DNA of 64,000 nt, from NCBI GenBank assembly GCA_965204375.1, contig OZ241986.1, positions 6,048,001 to 6,112,000 on the forward strand. The letters are read 5' to 3'. This stretch comes from Candidatus Latescibacterota bacterium (GTDB lineage: Bacteria; Latescibacterota; UBA2968). The position numbers were made by a program, and so were the translations under genes. The notes under the pieces are model-generated. The model was not told the origin of the DNA. It worked only from the letters and a program-made list of their open reading frames with translations, and made no database searches. Shown here in pieces: positions 38,279 through 47,034 of the stretch (position 1 is its first letter; every line of letters starts with the position of its first letter).

Positions 38279-40252
38279 ATGCCTGAAGCATACACTCTGG
38301 ACATTGACTTAAATGTACTCAATCATTTGGGATTGAACCTGTATAGCAATGTTCCCGCTGTCTTGGCGGAATTGATTGCCAATGCCTGGGATGCTGATGC
38401 CTCTCGGGTAAATGTATCTGTAAAAGAACAGGGTGAAGATAAAAGCATTATCATTCAAGACAATGGCTGTGGGATGAATGATGCAGATTTGCGTAAGAAA
38501 TTTCTAACCGTTGGTTATCAACGCCGGAGCACAGGAAGTGGTGATCAAACACCGGGCAAAGGGCGGCCAGTTATGGGAAGAAAGGGCATTGGCAAACTGT
38601 CTGTCTTGTCTATTGCCCGGAAAGTGTATGTCTATACAAAAAAAGAGGACACCGCCCCTCTGGCAATTGAGTTAGATGTTGAAAAAATCCAAGAAGCAAT
38701 TGAAAAAAAACAAAAATATCATCCCCCTGTCATAAATGTGCCAGGAGATATTGATCTTGGGAGTTCTGGCACGGCACTCGTTCTGAGCGATCTTAAGAAA
38801 AGGGTTAATGCATCACTTGACGCCTATCTGCGCCAGCGTGTAGCTCGCCGCTTTTCGGTTATTTCCAAAGATTTTCAAGTGTTCGTTAATGATGTCGAGA
38901 TAACACTAAATGATAGGAACTACTTCGGTAAATTGGAATATGCACTGGTGTACGGCGATTTCGAAAAATCTAATTTTAAGCACGATGAGAGATATGTGGT
39001 TCTACGAAAGGAAAATACCGTAAATGAGGCAGGAAAATATCCCGTTCGCGGCTGGATCGGCTTGGTCAAAGAATCAGGAGCATTGCAGGATGGCGCGGAT
39101 AATTTGAACAAAATATCCATCCTCGCCAGGGGTAAGGTTGCACTGGAAGATATCCTGGATTCCTATCGAGAAGGCGGCCTATATACAAAATATGTCATAG
39201 GTGAATTAGAGGCGGACTTCCTTGATTTAACAGATGATGACGATATTGCTACGTCCAGCAGGCAGGATTTTATTCAGAGCGATGAGCGATTCGTTCAACT
39301 GAGGGCATTTGTTGAACAGGAACTAAAATATTTGGCAAGCGAACGAGTAAAATTAAAGGATGAAGAAGGGGCGAAGAAAGCCGCGGAAATTCCTGCCGTC
39401 AAGGAATGGTACGAGTCATTGAAGGGAGATACGAAAACCTCCGCCAAAAAACTATTCGGCAGGATTAACCAAATAGCAACCGACGAAGACCACAGAAAAA
39501 CACTTTATAAACACGGGGTTTTGGCGTTTGAACACTTGCATCATAAGGAAAAACTAAACGAACTTGAACAACTCGATATCAACAATCTTGAGGTTGCTGT
39601 GAAGCTCTTTTCTGAATTGGATGATATAGAAGCATCATGGTATTACCAGATTACGGAAGGTCGTTTGGATGTAATTAGGAAGTTGTCTGATGACATTGAT
39701 GAAGATGTGCTGGAAAAGATTATTCAAGAGCATATTTATACTCATCTCTGGCTACTGGACCCCTCGTGGGATATGGCTACGGAAACGCCGACTTTAGAAC
39801 AGTCTGTTACGACGACTTTTGAGAAGATTTCCGACAAATTGAGCGAAGAAGAAAAGCGTGGGCGTTTGGATATTCGATACAAGAAAACATCGGGTAAGCA
39901 TGTGATTATTGAGTTGAAAAGAGGATCTGTTAGGATTTCATCCTTTCGTCTTATGGAACAAGTTGATAAATACATCAGAGCATTGAGGAAACAGTTACGT
40001 GAAGCTAACGAAGATGGGTCAGTTGAAGCGATTTGTCTGGTGGGGAAAGGGCTCAGTGATTGGGAGGATACAGAAACGCGACAGGAGTCAGAAAAGGCTT
40101 TAGAAGCAAAGCATATCCGCGTCGTTACGTATCAGCAACTTATCCGTGATGCAGAAGCAAGCTACCGACATTACCTCGAAAAGAGTAAAGACAAAGGTCG
40201 AATCCAAAAAATATTAGATGAGATTGAAACATTTGATGGCCCTACATTCTGA
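38279..40252 (+). CDS. BbrUII/HgiDII-like restriction enzyme (N-terminal GHKL/MORC-type ATPase plus C-terminal PD-(D/E)xK nuclease)
   Basis: 'DLNVLNHLG.NLYSN.PAVLAELIANAWDADA', 'DNG.GM', 'GRKGIGKL', C-terminal 'R.DI......H.IIELKR'; follows the MTase. Confidence 0.8.
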   Translation: MPEAYTLDIDLNVLNHLGLNLYSNVPAVLAELIANAWDADASRVNVSVKEQGEDKSIIIQDNGCGMNDADLRKKFLTVGYQRRSTGSGDQTPGKGRPVMGRKGIGKLSVLSIARKVYVYTKKEDTAPLAIELDVEKIQEAIEKKQKYHPPVINVPGDIDLGSSGTALVLSDLKKRVNASLDAYLRQRVARRFSVISKDFQVFVNDVEITLNDRNYFGKLEYALVYGDFEKSNFKHDERYVVLRKENTVNEAGKYPVRGWIGLVKESGALQDGADNLNKISILARGKVALEDILDSYREGGLYTKYVIGELEADFLDLTDDDDIATSSRQDFIQSDERFVQLRAFVEQELKYLASERVKLKDEEGAKKAAEIPAVKEWYESLKGDTKTSAKKLFGRINQIATDEDHRKTLYKHGVLAFEHLHHKEKLNELEQLDINNLEVAVKLFSELDDIEASWYYQITEGRLDVIRKLSDDIDEDVLEKIIQEHIYTHLWLLDPSWDMATETPTLEQSVTTTFEKISDKLSEEEKRGRLDIRYKKTSGKHVIIELKRGSVRISSFRLMEQVDKYIRALRKQLREANEDGSVEAICLVGKGLSDWEDTETRQESEKALEAKHIRVVTYQQLIRDAEASYRHYLEKSKDKGRIQKILDEIETFDGPTF

Positions 40253-40266
40253 TTTTCCTCCACCCC

Positions 40267-40473
40267 TCACTCACGGTTTACTTCCTCCGCTATTTCATCT
40301 ACCTCGTATTGGAATGCTGAAACCTTGAACCGATCCAGTGCCGCGATAAATTCACTGCGGGATGGACCCGAAATTTCAGCCGCTCGGCTTTGGGAAACCA
40401 CCGCTATTTCATACCATTTCACAGCGGCAGCCAAACGCAATTCCTGGGCGAAATGATCCGGGTCTTTTCGCAT
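40267..40473 (-). pseudogene. UPF0175-family antitoxin, apparently 5'-truncated
   Basis: 'P..FAQELRLAAAVKWYE...SQ.RAAEI.G.SR.EF..AL'; lacks the usual ~20-aa N-terminus and abuts the stop of the upstream ATPase. Confidence 0.65.
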
Positions 40474-41523
40474 TTAACGCACCTCAAGCTCGTGTCGAAT
40501 CGCAGCACTGATTCCATTTGGCTTAAAGGTGACACAGCGATTCTCCTCATCACTGACTTCGAGACGGTGTAAGAGAAAGCCGTCAGAGCCAAGGGCCTGA
40601 TACGCCGCTTCTATACATTCAAAACTATGCGTGGTCGCAAATATCTGCACGCGGAACTGCTTGGCCGCTTCTTCAATGACCCGCCAGACATCGGGTAGCA
40701 CAGAGTGGTGAATACCATTTTCAACTTCATCTACCAGAACGACACCATCCGGTACGGAAGCTATGGATAAAACAAGACGGGCAATTTGGGTCATACCTTC
40801 GCCCATTACGGATAGCGGTACAAGTTCGGGCCAACCAATATCTCCCCAGATCATGGGAGTGCCGCTGGAAGAATTGTCTTCGATACTCTGTAATCTTGGC
40901 TCAAAGACCCGTAGTGCTTTTAAGAGCATATCTCCCTGTTTCTGCTGTCTTAATCTGCCTAGCTTTACGGCATCTTCTTGGATATTCCCGATTCGAGACA
41001 AGAGAATTATCCCATTAAACGGAGCTTTTGTGTCAGGATGATAAGTCTCCAAACCTTGTCCCTTTATACGTATATAGCTTTCAACCGCTTTACCTGAAGG
41101 ACCGGTATACTGAAATACGAGAGAACGTTCGTCAAAAAAATTTGTCATCGAAGTTCCATTTGTGCGATCAAGAGAAATCTCAGTGGTGGGCTCTCGTTCT
41201 AATGAGATCTTTAAAGCCAATTGACCATGTGACGTATGATCTGCCTCTATCTCAATGCACTGGCCCATGTTCAGGTCAGAAAAGAGATGTTTCCAGAATG
41301 GTTCACCTGGTGGAACTAATGCCGGAAAAAACTCTAGGCCTCGAATAACATTGTTATTTCTCGCCATTTGCACGTTTCCTGCTCCAGCTAGCAAAAAAAT
41401 TGCCTCGAGTAAACTGGTCTTGCCAGAATTATTTTTTCCGGCCATGAGATTAATCCCGCTCAATTGGTCAATTTTGAGCGCGTTGAAGCCGCGAAAATTT
41501 CGTATCTGCAAGCGTTTCAACAT
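40474..41523 (-). CDS. AAA_15/AAA_21-type ATPase (paralog of 34097-35182, no partner gene)
   Basis: 'GKNNSGKT', 'MGEG', 'LVDEVENGIHH', 'FATTHS', ends 'LEVR' like the first copy's 'IEVR'. Confidence 0.87.
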   Translation of the reverse strand: MLKRLQIRNFRGFNALKIDQLSGINLMAGKNNSGKTSLLEAIFLLAGAGNVQMARNNNVIRGLEFFPALVPPGEPFWKHLFSDLNMGQCIEIEADHTSHGQLALKISLEREPTTEISLDRTNGTSMTNFFDERSLVFQYTGPSGKAVESYIRIKGQGLETYHPDTKAPFNGIILLSRIGNIQEDAVKLGRLRQQKQGDMLLKALRVFEPRLQSIEDNSSSGTPMIWGDIGWPELVPLSVMGEGMTQIARLVLSIASVPDGVVLVDEVENGIHHSVLPDVWRVIEEAAKQFRVQIFATTHSFECIEAAYQALGSDGFLLHRLEVSDEENRCVTFKPNGISAAIRHELEVR

Positions 41524-41691
41524 CGCGTTTCAATCCTCGCTTATATCTGATTTTCCAGATTACTTCTACGCTAACTTACAATTATTTCGGAAGCGCGGTT
41601 CAAAGTATTATAATATCCAAATTCGGTGCAAATATCAAATTATTCGTCTCTTATGCCATACTCACCTGCCAACCGCCAAGACTATGTAGAG

Positions 41692-42612
41692 TTATAGGGA
41701 CGAACTCCGAAAGCGCACGAAGCGATGCTCAAGGAAATCACGATCCGGCCAATCTTCCTGTTCTCTTGGAAGCCGGAGTTGCGTTCCATTGAGGTCTTTG
41801 AGAGCTACCAAAAGATCGCCATCTTCTTGATCGTGCAACTGCGGCGACACATGGACTTGAAAATCGGGGTCAACACCGATCAAGTGCCGATCAAAGGCGA
41901 GATGGTGCAGTGCAGACATGCATATCCCATTCTGAATCGAAGGAGGGCCACCTTCGGCATCAGGTATAATATGGGCACCGACCAACAGTTCGCGCACCGG
42001 TAATCCGCTGAATGCACATCTCCATTGGTATGCCGTTTTAATACGAAAGCTAAACCAGGCCTGGTGGTTTCTGATGCGTGTCATTTTTCGGGAATAGGAA
42101 GCTTCAATGCTATCTCTCGCGGTAATAGCTGCTACCTCCGGGACCTCAAAGTCTGCCGTCACCAGTAGCACGTATCCTTCCTCCTGTTTGAAATCTTTGA
42201 CCCAGATCGGAAATATCGGCTGATATATAGCTGGTTCGAGACCTTTGAAGTAGATAAGCGGTGCGTTCCGTTCCCTTGCGGCTAATAGTGCTTGGTTGGT
42301 TGGGTCATTCCGTCCGCCGCGTGCGAGATCATAACGAAGCAGACCGGTATCGTGGTCCAGGGAATCGAGATCCTGATCGCGATACCATCGCGACCTTCCG
42401 GTGCGAGGGACTGTCGTCTTGATGCTAAGAGCAGCACTCATCTGTCGTGGCTTGAAGATACCTTTCGCTCGGTTGGCGAACAACACATGTTCGCCATCCA
42501 CTTGGAAACCCATCCTGATTGCCTCCCAGGGGACCTGCTCGCCACACTGACGTGAAATTTTTTCAATGGCGACGAATGCTGCAGCACGAATATGTTTATC
42601 TGGATCGGTCAT
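41692..42612 (-). CDS. HNH endonuclease (HNH_2-type, putative modification-dependent restriction nuclease)
   Basis: 'AY..RCAFSG....LL..AHIIP......I.NGICM...HH.AFD..LIGV'. Confidence 0.85.
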   Translation of the reverse strand: MTDPDKHIRAAAFVAIEKISRQCGEQVPWEAIRMGFQVDGEHVLFANRAKGIFKPRQMSAALSIKTTVPRTGRSRWYRDQDLDSLDHDTGLLRYDLARGGRNDPTNQALLAARERNAPLIYFKGLEPAIYQPIFPIWVKDFKQEEGYVLLVTADFEVPEVAAITARDSIEASYSRKMTRIRNHQAWFSFRIKTAYQWRCAFSGLPVRELLVGAHIIPDAEGGPPSIQNGICMSALHHLAFDRHLIGVDPDFQVHVSPQLHDQEDGDLLVALKDLNGTQLRLPREQEDWPDRDFLEHRFVRFRSSSL

Positions 42613-43490
42613 TTTTCACCCGATAACTCGGCATACTCAATTTCCAGTGGCTGGGAGATGCGTTTGGCAAGTTCCAGGAGGTCGGGTCGGTCGGGGGGGA
42701 AATCTTTCTCCATCTTTCCATCGGGATACACAGTTACTGTGTCTATCCTTTTGATGAATCCCTTCTTGGCTGTCGCTCGATTGACCTGGAGGCCGTCCTT
42801 TGAAATTGCCATGCGAGTCTGTAAAATGCGTCCTTCGCCGATAATTCGAAAAAGAAAGCCCAGGATGCCGGATGTTGGGCGCCCTGTAAGCCCTTTGATC
42901 TCATCATAGATAACCCAATTTCCAAAATCCAGCAGTCGATAGGTCATCACCCGCCGATTGGTTACTTTGAGATTCGGCGTCGAAAGCGTATCCATGTACG
43001 AATACCGATTCGACTTGCCGGGCTGGTCTTCCCACCAGATTCGCACATTTACTGCCAGTTCTGGCGTTGGGGCTTCCTTTACCTCGCGGATGACCCGATC
43101 TACCCGATAATCTACTTCCATATTCTGTTTGTGTTGATAGGATAACTGCGCGTACTGGGGCATCGCGTCTTCCGCGCGTGCGGTCACTTCCATAAATGCC
43201 TGAAACCAGTTTTCGTACCCAATAAATAGCGGTAGTCCCTGTGGATCACGCGCCCTTGCCTTCTGTGCGAGATAAAGGATCATCTCCCCCTGAAAACGCG
43301 CACCATTGGTCGTAGCTGTCGGGTCGTAATTATCACATTGCCGCATCGCTTCTATTATCTCTGCCCGACTCACCACCTGATACCCCGGACGCACGCCGTC
43401 TGCTTCGACACATGCCGGCCGATCCAGCGAAAAGAAAAAACAAAGGAGGGTTGCGATTCTCAACCCTCCAATGTAGTGAAAGTTCGTCAT
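42609..43490 (-). CDS. Secreted hypothetical protein, tandem paralog B
   Basis: RBS AAGGGA, signal-peptide-like N-terminus; aligns end to end with 43544-44419; stop overlaps the HNH start (ATGA). Confidence 0.75.
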   Translation of the reverse strand: MTNFHYIGGLRIATLLCFFFSLDRPACVEADGVRPGYQVVSRAEIIEAMRQCDNYDPTATTNGARFQGEMILYLAQKARARDPQGLPLFIGYENWFQAFMEVTARAEDAMPQYAQLSYQHKQNMEVDYRVDRVIREVKEAPTPELAVNVRIWWEDQPGKSNRYSYMDTLSTPNLKVTNRRVMTYRLLDFGNWVIYDEIKGLTGRPTSGILGFLFRIIGEGRILQTRMAISKDGLQVNRATAKKGFIKRIDTVTVYPDGKMEKDFPPDRPDLLELAKRISQPLEIEYAELSGEK

Positions 43491-43543
43491 ATTATCCCTT
43501 AATCCATTAGCACAAGAACGCGGTGCCAGACAGTTTGGGGGTA

Positions 43544-44419
43544 TCATCTATCGCCCGATAACTTCGCATAATCAATTTCCAGCGGCTGCATGATTCGTTT
43601 TTCCAGTTCCAGGAGATCGGGCCGGTCAGGTGGAACATCTTTCTCCATTTTTCCATCGGGATATATGGTCACGGTGGTCGTCTTTTCTATGAATCCCTTT
43701 TTTGCTGTCGCTCGCATGACCTGGAGGCCGTCCTTTGAAACTGTCATGCGAGTCTGTAAAATGCGTCCTTCGCCGATAAACCGAAAAAGAAAACCCAGTA
43801 CGCCGGATGTTGGGCGCGCTGTAACGCCGTCGAACTCATCATAGGCAATCCAGTTTCCAAAATCCAGCAGTCGAAAGGATATCACCTGTCGATTGGTTAC
43901 TCTCAAATTCGGTATTGAGAGCGTATCCCGGTACGAATACCGATCCGGCTTGCCGGGCTGGTCTTTCCACCAAACTCGTACATTTGCTGCCAGTTCTGGC
44001 GTTGGGGCTTCCTTTACCTTGTTTATGACTCGATCTGCCCGATAATCTATTTCCGTATTCTGTTTGTATTGATAGGATAACTGTGCGTACTGGGGCATCG
44101 CGTCTTCCGTGCGTGCAGTCACTTCCATAAATGCCCGAAACCAGTCCTCATACCCGATAAATAGCGGCAGTCCTTGCGGATCGCGCTCCCGTGCCTTTCG
44201 CGCGAGATAAGACACCACATCTGCTTGAAAACGCGCACCATTGGTCGTCGCTGTCGGATCGTAATCGCTACACTGCCGCATCGCCTCTATTATCTCTGCC
44301 CGACTCACCACCTGATACTCAGGGCGCACGCCGTCTGCACATACTTGTTGATCCAATAAAAAGAAAAAACAAAGGATGGTTGCGATTCTCAACCATCCTT
44401 TGTTGTGAAAGCCCGTCAT
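43544..44419 (-). CDS. Secreted hypothetical protein, tandem paralog A
   Basis: RBS AAGGAA, signal peptide ending VCA-D; shared blocks 'YDPTATTNGARFQ', 'RPTSG.LGFLFR.IGEGRILQTRM'. Confidence 0.75.
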   Translation of the reverse strand: MTGFHNKGWLRIATILCFFFLLDQQVCADGVRPEYQVVSRAEIIEAMRQCSDYDPTATTNGARFQADVVSYLARKARERDPQGLPLFIGYEDWFRAFMEVTARTEDAMPQYAQLSYQYKQNTEIDYRADRVINKVKEAPTPELAANVRVWWKDQPGKPDRYSYRDTLSIPNLRVTNRQVISFRLLDFGNWIAYDEFDGVTARPTSGVLGFLFRFIGEGRILQTRMTVSKDGLQVMRATAKKGFIEKTTTVTIYPDGKMEKDVPPDRPDLLELEKRIMQPLEIDYAKLSGDR

Positions 44420-44501
44420 GTCATTCCTTAATCGCAATCACAGATTGGCGCGAATATTTCTCAATCACTGAAAACGCATCCCCTATCTCCTGCCAGGCCC
44501 C

Positions 44502-44537
44502 AATCCGCGTCATCCCGTAATCCCCGTAATCCGCGAT
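44502..44537 (+). repeat. ATCCC(C)GTA-type short tandem repeat (family E) at a gene 3' end
   Basis: aatccgcgtcatcccgtaatccccgtaatccgcgat. Confidence 0.55.
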
Positions 44538-45392
44538 CTAATTTTTCAACACAATGAGGATGCGCTGACCGACGAGCAAAGGATCGGAAAAGGAGATGGT
44601 GAGGGTTTGGGCTTCTTTATCCTCGCTGAGTGCGTATTCTTTGTCTTTGCTCAGTTTGCCATGGTCGTCGCATACGGCGGCGAGTTCGCCCTGTACAGTA
44701 ATGTTTTCTCCGATGGCAACTTTCTTAACGTCGGTGTTGTCAACATCGGGGAAATTTATAATTTTGTAGTTTTTGCGAATCCTTCGCCAGGTATGGAGAT
44801 ACCCCTGTTCTTTCAGGTTATCTTCAATGCCGACATAGACGAGGACTGAACTGATAATTTCTTTGGCATCCTCAAGGTCTTCTTTGGTGACCTGGAGGTC
44901 TTCTTTGGTGACCTGAAGATCCTGTTGGGTAGCCTGAAGATCTTCGCGCAATTTTTGGCTTTCTTTATGAGCTTTTTCGAGGGCCTCTGTTACGCGTTGA
45001 AGGCGACTGGTTTGCTCGAAGAGGCTGTTGCGAAGGCTGTCGCGAGCGGCTTGAACATGTTCGAGATCACCTTGCAGACTCACGGTGAGACGCCGATATT
45101 CTTTCATCTCATTGGTAACGCGGTGGAGTGTGGTCAGCAAAACCTTATTCGATGTGCTGGCACTATCCATTTGCGCACGCACGGAATCAATGCGGACATT
45201 TAGTCCCTCGACTACCATATTTAGAGAGTCTATCAGCGCTGCATCGCGTTTGGCTTCTTCTTCTATTTGCATGACGTAGGGACTTTCCTTAATAATTTCC
45301 TCTTCGCTGGGCAAAAACGCGATGTACAAGAGAAGGGCCAGTGCGATGGCGGCAATGCCAATCACCAGGATAATTTGCTTGTTGTTGTTCAC
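44538..45392 (-). CDS. Membrane-anchored coiled-coil protein with C-terminal beta domain (loosely Cbp1-adhesin-like)
   Basis: N-terminal TM, long heptad region with a 21-nt tandem repeat (EDLQVTK), C-terminal 'YVG....LKEQGYL...I...DP'. Confidence 0.6.
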   Translation of the reverse strand: MNNNKQIILVIGIAAIALALLLYIAFLPSEEEIIKESPYVMQIEEEAKRDAALIDSLNMVVEGLNVRIDSVRAQMDSASTSNKVLLTTLHRVTNEMKEYRRLTVSLQGDLEHVQAARDSLRNSLFEQTSRLQRVTEALEKAHKESQKLREDLQATQQDLQVTKEDLQVTKEDLEDAKEIISSVLVYVGIEDNLKEQGYLHTWRRIRKNYKIINFPDVDNTDVKKVAIGENITVQGELAAVCDDHGKLSKDKEYALSEDKEAQTLTISFSDPLLVGQRILIVLKN

Positions 45393-45510
45393 GAGGTACC
45401 TCCTGAAAAAGAGACGGTTGCAAAAAATGGGTGTTGGAGAGCAAGAGGTTTTATATGGGGCTGTCCCTGCTCTGGATTATTTGCGTGGTGAAACTGTGTG
45501 GTCCTCCCTA

Positions 45511-46938
45511 TTATGGTGTTATTACGGTTTCGCGGTTGGGAAACCCGCCGCCCAATGCGAGGTGAAGGTCTATGCGCGCCTGGAGTCGTTGCTGGCGCAC
45601 AACGAGCAATTGGCTTTCGGTCAGGTAAGCCGTGTTGCGCGTTTGAAGCACGGTCAACAGGTCTATAAGCCCTCTGTAATATCTATCTTCTGCCAAGCGG
45701 CGTGCTTCCCTCGCCTGTTCAGCGGCGGTTTCCAGAGCGGTCTGGCGCTTTGCCAGATGCGCTTCTGCAGAGAGTGCATTTTCAACTTCGCCATATGCTT
45801 GCAAAACGGTTTGGGCAAATAGTGCGGCGGCTTCGTTTTCCCTGGCACTTGCCAGGTCGATGTTGCCCTGTATGCGCCCGCCCTGTAAGAGGGGTTGTGT
45901 GAGGTTGCCGATCAGGTTCCACACGCTGAAGTCTCCATTGAGCAGGTTGCCCAGTGCGTCGGTGCTGGTTCCGCCCGATGCGGTCAGGCTGATGCGCGGA
46001 TAACGCAGGCGTTTGGCGGCTTTGTGATTGGCCTGAGACGCGGCAAATTGGCGTTCAACTGCAATGAGGTCGGGGCGTCGAGAAATGAGATCTGCCGGAA
46101 GGCCCGCGGGCACTGGATGTGGTATCTGGGGAAGGTCATCAGCTATGGCGAATGTGCCCGATGGATAGCGACCGATGAGCACTTCGAGTTGGCGAATAGC
46201 CATTTCATAGCGTTGTTCGCGCTGGTGCAGGCGGTCTTGCGATAGCGCGAGTTCCGATTGGCTCTGGCGCATGTCGAGCGAGGATCGCACCCCGCGTTCG
46301 TAGCGCGTGCGTACTTGTTTGTGGTTGGTGAGGCTATTTTCGTAAGTTGCTTGCGCGAGTTCGAGTTGACGCCTGGCTTCGATGGTGGCAAACCACGCTT
46401 TGGCGGTTTGTGCCGCCAGTGACATGCGCGCGCCCCGATACGTGGCCTGTGTTGCCTGATACGTGGCCTGCGCAGCCGCAGCACTTGCGCCAAGCCGTCC
46501 CCAGAGATCAATTTCCCACGCGGCATTGATGGAAACGCCATAGGTGGTGTTGGTATTTGAGAGTACCTCTCCAGGCGCCTGACCGGGGATGGGAAATCCG
46601 ATGAAGTTTTGTTTCCGTCTCAATCCCGATGATCCCGCGCTGAGTTGCGGGTATAGGGGTGCGCCGGCCAATTTGGCCTGTGCGCGTGCGGCTTTGAGAC
46701 GCGCTGCAGCAGCGTGCAGATTGTGGTTGTACGCGAGTGCTTGTGCGATTGTGCTGTCGAGACGGCTATCGTTAAATGTCGTCCACCAAAGGGTGTCTGC
46801 AGGTGTTGTTGTGGCGGTTTCTGTCTGATAAGCACGAGGTGGCTGGACAGGGGATTGTTGCACGCGAGGCGCGGAAGCACAAGCTGTCATGAGAGCAAAG
46901 CAGAGTACAAAGAAGTGCCAGGTCGGGTGGGTACTCAT
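45511..46938 (-). CDS. TolC/NodT-family outer-membrane efflux lipoprotein
   Basis: Lipobox LMTAC, 'WW..FND..L', 'WEIDLWG', 'L..RPDL', 'LALGGGF'. Confidence 0.92.
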   Translation of the reverse strand: MSTHPTWHFFVLCFALMTACASAPRVQQSPVQPPRAYQTETATTTPADTLWWTTFNDSRLDSTIAQALAYNHNLHAAAARLKAARAQAKLAGAPLYPQLSAGSSGLRRKQNFIGFPIPGQAPGEVLSNTNTTYGVSINAAWEIDLWGRLGASAAAAQATYQATQATYRGARMSLAAQTAKAWFATIEARRQLELAQATYENSLTNHKQVRTRYERGVRSSLDMRQSQSELALSQDRLHQREQRYEMAIRQLEVLIGRYPSGTFAIADDLPQIPHPVPAGLPADLISRRPDLIAVERQFAASQANHKAAKRLRYPRISLTASGGTSTDALGNLLNGDFSVWNLIGNLTQPLLQGGRIQGNIDLASARENEAAALFAQTVLQAYGEVENALSAEAHLAKRQTALETAAEQAREARRLAEDRYYRGLIDLLTVLQTRNTAYLTESQLLVVRQQRLQARIDLHLALGGGFPNRETVITP

Positions 46939-47034
46939 TCTCAATCTCCTGAATGAAGCTGACTGCTGATTGCGCTTATCATAAAGAAACTTTTATTTTT
47001 GTCAATATATATCGCAATCGGAGAGGATTAGATT

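Noticed and set aside
34097-44437. Prophage or IS-derived island
   Set aside because: No phage structural, integrase or transposase genes and no terminal repeats were recognised.
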